Part shown: piece after piece, positions 41,901-54,266 of the stretch
Numbering within the stretch: the first letter of the stretch is position 1
Layout: every line of letters starts with the position of its first letter
Translations under genes and position numbers: made by a program
NCBI GenBank assembly: GCA_002269645.1
Contig: NIVC01002964.1
Span: 18,528-82,527 of the forward strand
Source: Macrostomum lignano
Lineage: Eukaryota
Direction of reading: 5' to 3'
DNA length: 64,000 nucleotides
The notes under the pieces: generated by a model
The model's database searches: none
Told to the model about the DNA's origin: nothing
What the model saw: the letters and a program-made list of their open reading frames with translations, nothing else

Positions 41901-44900
41901 TATCGGCAAGGTGGCTTATCGCCCAGCCTGCGTCCGAAGACCGCGCCGTAAGTGATTGAATCATTTAGTATGTACTACTTATAAAGTACAGCAGAACTCA
42001 CTTTTGTCCGTCCCCATGTGCCACCAGGACGGTGCGGCAAGGCGGTTTGCAAGCGAGGTCAGCGATGCGTCATTCGCACAGTCAAGCGTCGAGTTGGTTC
42101 CGTCTTTAGAAGTGTGCGAATTGCCAGCTGTAGAAAAATTAAGTGTAAGTGCGAGCTATTCTTAAAATATTTTAACAGGTAGTCGTAATCTCTGTTGTTG
42201 TATGAATTTTTTCTGGTGTTCTTTGTAACATTTTTTTAATTCGCATAACATGTATCCATGATCATACACATTCGTTAATAATATTCCCACCTATTGCAGC
42301 TCCATGCGAAGTCGTTCGCTGTAGCCGCAGCAGGCGCTGTGTAGCTCGATTCCGCTTCTCCAAGTCCATCAGACTGAGGGCTTCCAGACGGTACGGTCGC
42401 CTAGTTGCCAAGGCTAGGGCCAACTACAATAAGCGCAAGGCTGCGTCCATCAAGCGCATCAACTCCTACCTGCGCAATTTTGCCAGAAAAACCCCGAGAT
42501 ACAAAAGTAAGTGAATATTTTGTACAGCAGACATCTTTTTGATTTTATGTATACTTGCCATTCTTCAATACTAGTCCATATTGCTGTGCCTGTCTTTACT
42601 TTAACTTCTGTACGAGTATCTTGATGCATAGCAGCATTGCAAGAAAGTTAATATTTCGCCTGATACCAGATGCCAGCCCGAAACTTTCCTGTGAGCACGG
42701 ATCGTCGAGCCTCAGATGTACATCTGGCTCCACCATCGATGTGATTTCCGCATTCTACGGCCGCACCTCCGGCAGCGTGTGTAAGAGAGGCCCCATCAAA
42801 ACTACCAAATGCCGGTCGGGCAGCGCCAACAGTGCGGTCAGGCGCATTTGCCAGGGCAAATCGTCTTGCTCAGTTCGGGCTAGCAACTCCGTATTCGGCG
42901 ATCCTTGCGTTGGAACATTCAAGTACATGCGAATCAACTACCGATGCAAGTCTACCACCCCGACTGCAACTGAGAGGAGAAAGAGACAAAAGAGGATCCA
43001 AAAGCACAGAAGCTACCTGGCAAAGCTGAGCAGCAGGTACAGGCGTACCAAAGCATATCTGCAGCGCAAGCTGAAGCGAGCTACCAGCCTGAAAGCTCGA
43101 TGTGTCAGGAGTAGACGAAGTGAGACTCTCTTTTAAGTTTATTAATTTTAGCCTACTTTGGATGGATAGACAGATTAATTTTATCTTAAGCAAAACCGAC
43201 ACCTTCCACTCGCACAGATGTTTGCCACAAACGACGATGCCGCAGAGGACGCGTCTGTGTTGCTCGCAGAGTTTCTCGCCGACGAGTTGTTGCCCGTTGC
43301 GTGAGGCCCCGGGGTACGTTTTGTATCATATTGTGTATCATTCAAGTTATCAAAAGTAATCAGGAAAATAGCTTTCAATTAACTCTGCTCATTCCAGCTC
43401 TATGCTCAAGAAAACGATGCGCGAGAGGCTCCCGCTGCGTTGTTCGTCGCACCATCTCAAAGGCTTTACGCAAATTCCGCTCGATTAGGCGCAAGATGTA
43501 CCGCCGCTATCGTGCCAGAAGAAGCGCCCTGAAAGCTAGCTACAGAAGAAGCAGGCGCAATGCCCGAGCGGCTTTCAAGCTGGCTGCCAAGGCCAGCAGG
43601 AAAGCAATTGCTAGAGCAATTAGGGCAAAGAATGCCAAGAAAGCAAAGAGCCTGAAGAAGGCGTGGAGCCGTCGCAGAGGTTTGCTAAAAGCAAGACTTC
43701 GCAGGCAGAGAAGAAAATACAAGAAAGCTAGTCACCGCCTCAGACTGAGCTTCAGAAAGAGCTCTTCGCGTCTGTCTCGTCGTTACAAAAAGCTCAGATT
43801 TGTCAAGTATTCGGCTAGGTGTACCGTCAATCGATGCTACCGAGTCAGGTGCAAGTCAGGCTTCTCCTGCAGAAATGTTAGGCGATTCTCTAAGAAATTT
43901 GCTGCTTACATCCAGCAGAGACGCGTCTTGTCGAAGTCCTACCGCGCAGTCCGCCGAAGACTGCTCCGATCGCTGTATGCCAAGGCCCGCAAGGCCACAA
44001 AGCTTTTCCGAAAGCATCTGGCCAGACACCGCTCCGGCATTAGACGCGCGAAGACCGCATCCGCTAGAAGATCACTTAGATCGGCTCTACGACGCAAGGT
44101 GAGACGTTTCCGACGTGCTAGACGTGCTGCTCATCTGAAGTACCGACGTGCCGTGAAACTTGCTAGAAGAAACTACCAGCTGAGGCGCAAGGCGCTGCGT
44201 AGAAAGCATGCAAATAAATCGGCTTTCAAGAACCGAGTCAGGACTGTAGCTCGTTGCATCCGCAGAGTGAGAAGTAAGCTGCTTTGTTGACTGAAAATCA
44301 TACATTTTTAAACAAGAGCAGTAACAGACCTCTCATTCGCAATTTCTGACTTTGCTTTCAGGATCTTGCAAGAATGTCAAGTGTTCAGCCGGCAAGCGTT
44401 GCGTCTCGACTGTTGTTTCTCGCAGATGGTTCAGGCGGTACAGGCGAAGTCTGAAGAGAGGCAACAGACGAAAACGCTCTCGTCTAGTGCGGTCTATTCG
44501 GAAGCTTCGTTATCTCCGCAGGCAGTACAGAAGACGTTTGAACCGTCGTAGGAGGCGTGCCATCAAATCATTTAGACGCTGGTTTGGACGCGCCGTTAGG
44601 CGTCTTGGCGGAAAGAGGCGTTACAGAAGGAGGGCTGGAAGACGCAGTCGCAAATCCAGGTCCCGTTCTGCTCGACGAAACAGAGGAGCTGGATCGTTCC
44701 TCTGGGGCAGGTACAGACGTGCCGCTCGCCGGTACCGAAGAAAGTTTAGGCAGACCATTCGAAGGGTTTCTAAGCGCAGACTGAAGAAATACGCTAAATC
44801 GAAGAAGCGTGCCCGAAAGTCAGTTTTCAGAAGGTTCAAAAGAAATGCGCGAAAGTTTGCACGTCGCGTTCGTTTCCTGAAGAGACGAGTCGCGAAGCAG

Positions 44901-47091
44901 TTCCGACAGCTAAAGTCGGCCTACAAGAGAGGTAAGAAAGCAACAGCTGCCGACTGGAAGAAGCTGAAGAAGAAGATCTTGAGAAGATACAAAAAGATCA
45001 AAAAAGCCTACAGAAAGATGTTGAAGCGAGCAGTTGTTTCCTACTACAAACGGAGGGTTAATGTCGTGAGATCATTGAAGAAACGGCTAAGAAAGTTCAA
45101 GCGGAGACCAAGAAGCTTCAGAAGACGCTACACACGCCGAGCCATCTGCGTTGCAGTAAATCCATGCCGGAGAAAGCGTTGTAGTCGAGGGTTTATCTGC
45201 CGGGTGCGAAAGATCAAAGCAAAAAGTGGCCGAACCAGATCTGTCGCTCGATGCGAGAAGAAAGCCAGTAAGTACTCGTACTTTTTAATAACTTTAAATT
45301 TTCTGTCAAAAAGTCATGGATTTTTTGCAACTTTCTCAGCCTATATACAGACCTACAAAGAGTAAAGCATCAAATTTCAGACAAGTGCAGCAAGGTGAAC
45401 TGTTCCAAGGGCAAGCGATGCATCGTCAGGCGGGTGTCGACTCGTACTTTCAAAGGTTTCCGCTGGTTTGCCAGGGCAAACCGTAGACGCTTCAGGCGCA
45501 AGGCTCGACGACTTTTCAAACGTCTCCGCAACAAGAGGCGAAGATTCGCGAGGCGAGTCGTAAAGAAGTACAAAAAGGTGCGCAAGTCTCTCAGGAAGCG
45601 TCTCCGCGGTCGGAAGCTCGCTAGGCGTGTCAAAGCCGTAAAACGCTCTGTGAGGCGAAAACTGCGAAGATTCCGAAACCGATCGCGGAGGTCTTTCCGT
45701 CGACGGAGAGCCGCGCTGAAACGGCGATTTAGAAGCGCTGTGAGGCGTTTCTCCGCACGATACTTGAGCTACCGGAGGCGCTACAAGACCCGTGCAATTT
45801 GTGTCAAGAGGCTAAAAAGTGAGTTGAAAGCATTATATTTGATTAGATAGGATTTTTATTTTAATGTTTGCTGAAATTGCAGCAAGTATATCTAGATACG
45901 ATATGTAATACGATCGATGATACGCATGATAAAGTGCTTCCAAATAAACGACATGTTTGTTTTAAATATTTCAGTAATATTTTTATTACTATTGTATTCA
46001 TTTCAGACCCTTGCAGCAAGAAACGCTGTCGAAAAGGCACAAGGTGCGTTGTTAGAAGAAAGCAGTCCAGGCTTCAGAAGAAATTCATCAGAATCGCAAA
46101 ACGCCAAATCAAGAAGTTCGTATCAGTCCGGCGTCGGTTGAGTAAGCTGCGTCGTCGCAAGCGCAAAGTCGCCGTTCGCAAACTGACTCGCAAACTCAAA
46201 CGGAAGCTGAGAAAGCTGCACAGACTATACAGAAGACGCGGCGCTTTCCAACGAAGCCGAAAGCTCGTGGCTCGCTGCTCAAGCGTGAGGAGAAGAACCC
46301 GTCGCATTTCCTGGAGAAGGAGAGTCTATCGCTTTTCAAGGAGGGTTCGTCGACGCGTCTCAAAGAGAGCCCGCCGTGTATCTCGGAAGGTTCGACGTTT
46401 TTGGGGTAAATCTCGTCGCTTTTCAAGGAGAGTTCGTCGACGCGTCTCAGGGAGAGTTCGTCGTGCCTCAAAGAAAGTCCGTCGCTTCTGGGGTAAATCT
46501 CGTCGCTTTTCAAGGAGAGTTCGTCGACGCGTCTCAAGGAGAGCTCGTCGCCGCGTCTCAAAGAGAGCCCGCCGTGTATCTCGGAAGGTTCGACGTTTTT
46601 GGGGTAAATCTCGTCGCTTTTCAAGGAGAGTTCGTCGACGCATCTCAGGGAGAGTTCGTCGTGCCTCAAAGAAAGTCCGTCGCTTCTGGGGTAAATCTCG
46701 TCGCTTTTCAAGGAGAGTTCGTCGACGCGTCTCAAGGAGAGCTCGCCGTGTATCTCGGAAAGTTCGACGTTTTTGGGGTAAATCTCGTCGCTTTTCAAGG
46801 AGGATTCGTCGACGCGTCTCAAGGAGAGTTCGTCGCCGCGTCTCAAGGAGAGTTCGTCGACGCGTCTCAAGGAGAGTTCGTCGACGCGTCTCAAGGAGAG
46901 CTCGCCGTGTATCTCGGAAGGTTCGACGTTTTTGGGGTAAATCTCGTCGCTTTTCAAGGAGAGTTCGTCGCCGCGTCTCAAGGAGAGTTCGTCGCCGCGT
47001 TTCAAGGAGAGTTCGTCGCCGCGTCTCAAGGAGAGTTCGTCGACGCGTCTCAAGAAGGTCAAGAAAGAGCGGCAGATCCAGGAGGCGATGA
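35978..47091 (+). CDS. Gene A: giant secreted Arg/Lys-rich protein (~3151 aa) with follistatin-N-like Cys modules, a protamine-like repeat region and 2 SUEL lectin domains
   Basis: Exons 35978-36063, 36180-36304, 36398-36772, 36864-37220, 37312-40860, 40934-41158, 41291-41746, 41840-41947, 42028-42144, 42300-42506, 42670-43119, 43218-43313, 43398-44273, 44362-45267, 45381-45818, 46007-47091. All GT-AG, total 9456 nt, open throughout. Signal peptide MRLTVLLLLSVVVLLALNSDVSDA; AATAAA at 47172. Confidence 0.85.
37690..40800 (+). repeat. Coding tandem repeat (RRRANRKRRGSKRRSRRS / RRRATRRSRRA, ~87-bp higher-order unit) in gene A exon 5
   Basis: Read directly from the 37614-40877 ORF translation; the exon is bounded by ctaaag|gt (37311) and aaaag|gtaaat (40860). 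Confidence 0.92.
41311..41568 (+). other. SUEL / rhamnose-binding lectin domain 1 (gene A)
   Basis: CEHSSISIRCPKG...FYGRT...C...C...CQGRRSC...[21 protein letters not shown]; contains the family motifs YGR, DPC and KYL. Confidence 0.9.
42690..42947 (+). other. SUEL / rhamnose-binding lectin domain 2 (gene A)
   Basis: CEHGSSSLRCTSG...SAFYGRT...[21 protein letters not shown]. Confidence 0.9.
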
Positions 47092-49009
47092 TCAGCTTCC
47101 TCGTTGATAGACTAAGTGTGGTGATAGAATTTCCTCTCTCCCTCAAATGACGAGGATTATGGGCTTTGGAAAATAAATATGGCTATTTAATTATCAAAAC
47201 ATCTTGCCACGCAAAAACAACTCAAATCAGCAAGAAGGATTTGTCACCCGATGTTTTGCTTCCAAAACCAAATAACGGAGGTATTAACTGGAGTTAAGTC
47301 AATTGGGCCAAGAATATGAGCTAACTTATGCGACTGAGAGAGCGCGCATCAATAAAATTTGCACAAAACTATGGTTAAAGATTGGTGACAGTTTCAACAA
47401 GCCTCCAACTTTTGAATTTAGCTTTGTTCCACCGACACCGACTACTGATGAGCATATCAAGAGCATATCTTCTAAAAAACTATTTAATTACTTCTAATTA
47501 ACATAATAACCGTTTGATTTGTTGAATTCGCCTCTTTCGCATCTCTAGTTCGATTCCATTTTAAGCCTCGTGATGAGTATATGGGCAATGTAGTCAGGCA
47601 TTGCTGCCAGTGCCTGCTGCAATGGCAGCTGTAAAGAGCGGAAAACAGACAGGCTGGTACAGGATAATACAGAATATTTCAGACGTGAACTTGCTCCAAC
47701 TTTATGCACGTGTCATATTGCGCAGGTGAAGTCTAGCTAAGATGCAGTTATTGGGCTTTTTGGTATATTAGTCCTCAACTCAGTGCTTCCAAGGCCTTTA
47801 CGACATGCTCTCGAGCTGCTATGCCTTTTTGTGTCTTCGATGACTGAAAGTTCAAAACCGCAGCTTCAATGAAGCTCCCCCTCAAGGAAGATCTCCAATC
47901 ACCATCTCCAATGAAGACCCTGAAGGTAACAGGGGCCTCCGGAGCAGCTTGAGTCAGCTGGGTCATCGATGGCTGAATGCAAAAGCAAAGGAGCATCTCA
48001 GTTGTGGAAACAGAGAGAGAGGCGTATACGAATTCATTAACGAAGTTTAAACCCGATTGAAAAGTTCTATGGTTTGGTTTCGATCAGTTGTTTCACACCT
48101 GACGACTCAATTTTTGCTGACCGTCGCAGAATTTTCTCCCAGCGACCCTGCCGGGAGCCTGAGGGCTCCCTCCCTGCTCAGCACGCGACTCTCTGCTCCG
48201 CATGAAGCCGCCCCGAGCCGAGAGCAGCGCGGCTGACGGCCCTTGGCCAGTTGGCGCCCCAATCAACAACCTCCCCAAATCGAAGCCTTGGGATCCATTT
48301 TTCCCTTTCTCGCTCCTCGCTTTGGCGAAAAAAACTTTTTTCCACCGCAGCCGTCTTTCAGTCTTCACCTTCTGCTGCTCACGGGGGCGAACAGCAACTG
48401 TTCAGCATCGATTTTTGAGCAGCGTCAACAGCCTCGAGGAACCTTCCTGCCCCGGCCGCAGCTGCAGCTCCTGTCGGGAATTTTTTGCAGGGAAAAAGCT
48501 GAATTTTTGCAACGCTTAGCGAATTATTTTTGCTGGGATCTTTTTCAATCTTTTTCTGTTCAATTATAGCCAGGAGAAACTGAAAGCGGAGATGAGCTTT
48601 GTCAAAGCTCTGACTTTCATTTGACTTGACTCAAAGTTCGAGCAAATACTCACAACTGCTTTGTTTAAATTGCTATTTCAGTATTTTAAACAAGCAAGCA
48701 TAGCCAAGTTAAACATAGTCTGGACAGTGACAACTAGCGGGACGCTTCACTGAATCTCGCCTTGATGCTTGGCTTTTTTTGGTCCTTCCTCCTTCCTTAT
48801 AAATATTTTATAACATAAGCGAAAGGGCTTTATCACAAAGACAGGCAAATAAAAAGTTTTCTTATTATTTAAGCAGTTTTATGTTTTTAGTTTCCCGCGT
48901 GTTATCAGTGAGAACTGACATCTTCTCACAGTCAGAGCATTCGAATTTTAAATTTATTCTCCAAGGTTGATTCAAATTTTTGTCAAGCCAATGCTACCAA
49001 CAAAGCTAC

Positions 49010-49655
49010 TGAGCTAGCTGCTGAGCTACTGAGCTACTGAGCTAGCTACTGAGCTACTGAGCTAGCTACTGAGCTACTGAGCTACTGAGCTAGCTATTGA
49101 GCTACTGAGCTAGCTACTGAGCTACTGAGCTAGCTACTGAGCTACTGAGCTACTGAGCTAGCTACTGAGCTACTGAGCTAGCTACTGAGCTACTGAGCTA
49201 CTTAGCTACTGAGCTAGCTACTGAGCTACTGAGCTACTTAGCTACTGAGCTAGCTACTGAGCTACTGAGATACTGAGCTACTGAGCTAGCTACTTAGCTA
49301 CTGAGCTAGCTACTGAGCTACTGAGATACTGAGCTACTGAGCTAGCTACTGAGCTACCGCGGCACACACTCACACAGGAGTGTACTGCGGCCCAAACTTT
49401 ATATTATCGTTAGGCATGTACACTTCACTGCGCCTTGGGGTTGGCTCTCAAGGCCGTTAATTGCACGAGCAGAGCCAAGCCGAGATTCCAATTCAGCCCC
49501 AAATTAATGTGACTGCACTTGGAATCGAGCCTGGGTCGCTGGCACACCAGAGCAGCTGCGCTACCGCTGGGCTACGGCCCCCTGACTACTGAGCTACTGA
49601 GCTAGCTACTGAGCTACTGAGCTACTGAGCTACTGAGCTGCTGAGCTAGCTACTG
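49010..49655. repeat. gagctact / gagctagctact microsatellite-like array interrupted by a SINE
   Basis: Array at 49010-49355 resumes at 49583-49655. Confidence 0.9.
49360..49581 (-). mobile_element. tRNA-derived SINE inserted into the gagctact array
   Basis: Minus strand reads ggggccgtagcccagcggtagcgc...cccaggctcgattccaagtgcagtc, giving A and B boxes followed by a non-tRNA body. Confidence 0.7.
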
Positions 49656-49955
49656 TCGATTAGTGCTAAAAAGCGGAATACTGCTAGTGCAGCGTCATTC
49701 TACTTGAGTTGGCCACGAGTCTGGGCTGAGAGCCCACTCAGAACCACTGTGATGTAAATGCTTTCAGAGCGATTGGAAGAGCTCGAGAGTTGCAGGTTTA
49801 GTGATCGTTGAGTTCTGAACAAGAATCATTTACTACCATCGGATATTCATTGAAGCGATTGGTTAATTCACCTCATGATTTCTGAGCCTAATTATTTTAA
49901 GCCTAATCTGAGCCTTAGGTGCTGATAAGCGACAATCAGAAATTTTATGTAACAT

Positions 49956-50460
49956 CAGTGGCGTACGTGACAGGAGCTCAACTTTGGCCACCTCTGGGAC
50001 GAAGCAGCTACTGGCTTGAGACAGGTCGAAACGCCGACCAAGAGCCAGAGGCGCCCAACAAGAGTCAGGGCCGCCGACCAAGAGCCAGGGCCGCCGACCA
50101 AGAGCCTGGGCCACCCACCAAGAGCCAGAGGCGCCCACCAAGAGCCAGAGGCGCCCACCAAGAGCCAGAGGTGCCCACCAAGAGCCAGAGGCGCCCACCA
50201 AGAGCCAGAGGTGCCCACCAAGAGCCAGAGGTGCCCACCAAGAGACAGAGGCGCCCACCAAGAGCCAGAGGCGCCCACCAAGAGCCAGAGGCGCCCACCA
50301 AGAGCCAGAGGCGACCACCAAGAGCCAGAGGCGCCCACAAAGAGCCAGAGGCGCCCACCAAGAGACAGAGGCGACCACCAAGAGCCAGGGGCGCCCACCA
50401 AGAGACAGCAGATATTTGCGCCCCTTGGGCCGGGGTTGCGGCCCCTTTAATACGCCACTG
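49956..50460. mobile_element. TIR element (CAGTGGCGTA...TACGCCACTG) with an internal 20-bp minisatellite
   Basis: 10-bp TIRs; internal unit agagccagaggcgcccacca; no matching 8-bp TSD seen. Confidence 0.6.
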
Positions 50461-50995
50461 ACGCACAGTCGTGCACGGTTAAAGATGGTGTTGCATGGCG
50501 AAGTCGCCACCTGGTCTGTAATCTGCATGCAGGGACCGCTGGTAGCGACGTGAGGACAAGACAGTAGGTTTCTTGGAAAATGTCCCTAAAGTCTCAGATT
50601 GCCAGGAGAGCACACATGACTAATTTAGATCTGATAGCGACTAAACTATTTTTTTTTACATCCAGTCTGCCCTGTTGCTAAGTGTATTTCTTTCAATTCT
50701 TTATTTGTGAGGAGATTGATTTCATATTATTATTATATTTTCTGTTATGTAAAGCTTAAATATTTTTTGTTTAAATGCCTTTGACCTTCTCCTCTTATCA
50801 AGCTCAGCTAAGGCATTGGATTGATATGCATGTCTACATGTGCGTCATCGACTCCACACACCTGCACACCATTGGATTTGGACAAAGCTGATTTTGTCCG
50901 GGTAACCACGTGCGTTCGCTTTACATAGGTTTTACATACCTGAATTTCCACATGGACAAACAGATTCAGTTTTCATTGACTGGCTGAAGCCAGAA

Positions 50996-51565
50996 CGCCT
51001 ATCACAACCCGAGCGCCTATCACAACCCGAGCGCCTATCACAACCAGATCGCCTATCACAACCAGATCGCCTATCACTACCGAGCGCCTATCACAACCAG
51101 AATGCCTATCACAACCAGATCGCCTATCACAACCAGATCGCCTATCACTACCCGAGCGCCTATCACAACCAGATCGCCTATCACAACCCGAGCGCCTATC
51201 ACAACAAGAACGCCTATCACAATCAGATCGCCTATCACAACCAGATCGCCTATCACTACCCGAGCGCCTATCACAACCAGATCGCCTATCACAACCCGAG
51301 CGCCTATCACAACAAGAACGCCTATCACTACCCGAGCGCCTATCACAACCAGATCGCCTATCACAACCAGATCGCCTATCACAACAAGAACGCCTATCAC
51401 AACCAGATCGCCTATCACAACCAGATCGCCTATCACAACAAGAACGCCTATCACAACCAGATCGCCTATCACAACCCGAGCGCCTATCACAACCCGAGCG
51501 CCTATCACAACCAGAGCGCCTATCACAACCCCAGCGCCTATCACAACCCGAGCGCCTATCACAAC
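50996..51565. repeat. 18-bp minisatellite
   Basis: Unit cgcctatcacaaccagat, ~31 copies. Confidence 0.93.
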
Positions 51566-52028
51566 TAAGACCATTGTCAAGCACCTGCCTCTCCCACAAG
51601 ACTGTACGTACCGAAATTACCATCTGAGGATGTAAGAAGTTCATTTCCGCCAACACGAATGCTTAAAACAATATTGATGCGAAATAATTGACCTGATTTA
51701 TCCATAGTAAGCATATACGAGTTGATAGCTTATTCAACTTGACTGCTCTTCAATTTGAAAATAATGAAAATAGTATGAACTAATATACTTTTATTACCCT
51801 CACAAATAAAACTATGTACTTTACCATGTACTTTACAAGTGACAATTCGATAAAAGAAAATTTTCTTTGATCTGTAGCGTAATTTTCGAAAAGCCTTTAG
51901 AAAAAAGTCGAAATGCCATGGCTAAAAAAATTAATGACTGTCCAAATTAATTTTAGCGGTCATTTTGGTTACAGCAGCTCATCTACCCGGGCGGTCTGGT
52001 TCCCGGCATCCGTCAGGATCTCTTTGCT

Positions 52029-52490
52029 TTGCTTGCTTTTCGTTCTGTGAGGGCAGTTCTGCAGTCCGAGGCCCTACCTGACCACCAGAGGGTGGCACTG
52101 TTTCAGGTAGTGCTCGAGACCCTCCTGCTGTGCAACACCGAGACCTGGACGCTGACAGACTCACTTGAGCAGCTGCGCATCGCCTTCAAGATCGGCGACG
52201 AGCGAGTCACCAATGCGACACAGCATCGCCGCGCCGGCCGTGTCCGTCCAAGCCGCCTGTTGCGCCGTCAGCGACTCCAGCTGGCAGGCCACATCATCCG
52301 CGCCGAGTCGCACTGCCCGCAGCCGGTGCAGGAGGTGCTGCTGACGCTGCAGGCACCCTACTGGCAGGGACAGGCGCGGACTCGGCATTTCGTCGACTGC
52401 CTGCTGGCTGATGCCGGCGCCCCGGATTCGGTCGGCGGCGCGGCCTTCTTTCGCGAACCGGCTCAGAAGCGCGCCCTGTGACGCTGACTT
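52029..52490 (+). mobile_element. Degenerate 3' fragment of a non-LTR retrotransposon (RTE-like, post-RT region)
   Basis: Translation LFQVVLETLLLCNTETWTLTDSLEQL...RRQRLQLAGHIIR resembles the LYG.ETWTL...RRL.W.GHV.R tail of RTE-clade ORF2; 5'-truncated. Confidence 0.65.
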
Positions 52491-52544
52491 CTAAAGACCC
52501 TGGCAGAGTATTTTGTTTTTTGTAAGGGGGGGGGGGCGCCAGTA

Positions 52545-53085
52545 TTTGGTGTCTTGGCGTCCCTTGTGTCTTGGTTGGCGCCCTGTGTCTTGGTTGGCGC
52601 CCTGTGTCTTGACTGGCGTCCCTGTGTCTTGATTGGCGTTCCTGTGTCTTGATTGTCGTCCCTGTGTCTTGGTTGGCGCCCTGTGTCTTGATTGGCGTTC
52701 CTGTGTCTTGGTTGGCGCCCTTGTGTCTTGGTTGGCGCCCTGTGTCTTGGTTGGCGCCCTGTGTCTTGACTGGCATCCCTGTGTCTTGATTGGCGTTCCT
52801 GTGTCTTGATTGGCGTCCCTGTGTCTTGACTGGCGTCCCTGTGTCTTGATTGGTGCCCCTGTGTCTTGATTGGCGTCCCTGTGTCTTGACTGGCGTCCCT
52901 GTGTCTTGGTTGGCGCCCTGTGTCTTGGTTGGCGTCCCTGTGTCTTGACTGGCGTCCCTGTGTCTTGATTGGCGTCCCTGTGTCTTGATTGGTGCCCCTG
53001 TGTCTTGATTGGCGTCCCTGTGTCTTGACTGGCGTCCCTGTGTCTTGGTTGGCGCCCTGTGTCTTGGTTGGCGTCCCTGCCGCCC
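52545..53085. repeat. 20-bp minisatellite related (reverse complement) to the 50.0-50.4 kb array
   Basis: Unit ctgtgtcttg(a/g)ttggcg(t/c)cc; reverse complement ggcgccaaccaagacacag versus ggcgcccaccaagagccag. Confidence 0.88.
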
Positions 53086-53926
53086 CTGTCTCTTGGGCCG
53101 TTGAATGCCCCGTCCAAGATGTGACAAACCGTTCGCGACTGCTTCGGTAGTAAGAGCTAACTGACTTAAGAATTTGATTGTTAGATAATGAATAAGAAAA
53201 AAGGGAATATTTTTATTATCATCTGAGCCACATGTTTATACCCTTAGGTTACTTACCGGTACAAGGTCATCGACGCTAAAAAGTTCATGAAATACTGGCG
53301 ACCAAACGGTTACGCTCGAGCAAATACGTAAATTGGGCCGATGGACAGAATAAAATTTTTAAAAACACAACACGCGATCAAATTCCTGTGCAGTATCAAA
53401 TTACGAGCGTAGGATGAAATCTTTCCAACTTTCTCCGGATTTCAGAGCCTTAAAATGAGAGTGCGTATTGGCATTTTTCTTTTTTTGTGAGCACAGAAAC
53501 AGCTCAGACATTCAATCTTGATATACGAGCTGCCACTTGGTTTCAATCGCAGTGGATTCCCCAGAAGTCTGAGGCCTGGACCATTGCATCCCCATTTCCC
53601 ACAGCTTGCAAAGTCGGATGTTAAGTCCCAAACAGCTCAGGTAGCCTAGCAAAGTATTTTGTTTCAAAGCTAGTCAAAGCTAGTCAAAGCTAGGGCATGA
53701 GAAAATCAGGATGCTATATTAATTTTTTATTCTGCGTACATTTCCTGTACCTAAAAATCATAGAAACGCATGGCACAGTTTGACTCACTGGTTTTTATGA
53801 ACCTATTTTATCATCTCTGTTACACATATTGTTACACAGTCAGCTAAGAATGATAGAATAGATTCATAACACCAATGAGCTGAGCCGTGCCATTTTAATG
53901 GTTTTTAAGCACAGGAGACATGCAAT

Positions 53927-54266
53927 CATGGATGAATGAATAGAATGGATTGCTATTCTGGCTCTGACTATTTTCGTTTTTGACTCTTTTGCATCCGGTT
54001 CCCCCCCGTGCCTTTTCATTGGTTGATGATTGCCATAGACAATTGTCAGTTACTTGCAGAGAATATCGAGCGCTCGTAGGTCTTCCCCCTTTATTTCAAA
54101 ACACGAGCGAAAGCGCTTGTGCATCGAAAGAAAGGGGCGAAGGCCGAAAATTGTCTATGGCAATCATCAACCAATGAAAAGGCACGGGGGGGAACCAGAT
54201 GCAAAAGAGTCAAAAACGAAAATAGCCAGAGCCAGAATAGCAATCCATTCTATTCATTCATCCATG
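53927..54266. mobile_element. Foldback MITE with ~118-bp TIRs and 8-bp TSD (P-element-like termini)
   Basis: Arms 53927-54044 and 54149-54266 are near-perfect reverse complements; perfect TSD catgcaat at 53919-53926 and 54267-54274; terminus CATGGATGAA. Confidence 0.88.

Noticed and set aside
35978-47091. Identification of gene A as a protamine/SR nuclear protein, or as Mlig-ap1
   Set aside because: Signal peptide, disulfide-type modules and lectin domains argue against a nuclear protein. As I recall, ap1 has C-type lectin, vWD and EGF domains, none of which are seen here, so no gene symbol was assigned.
47775-48569. Short GC-rich ORFs between genes A and B
   Set aside because: No recognisable motif or consistent exon chain; left unannotated.
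26411-49581. tRNA-like sequences at 26411, 33612 and 49581
   Set aside because: They have A/B boxes but no complete cloverleaf and run into SINE bodies; called SINEs rather than tRNA genes.
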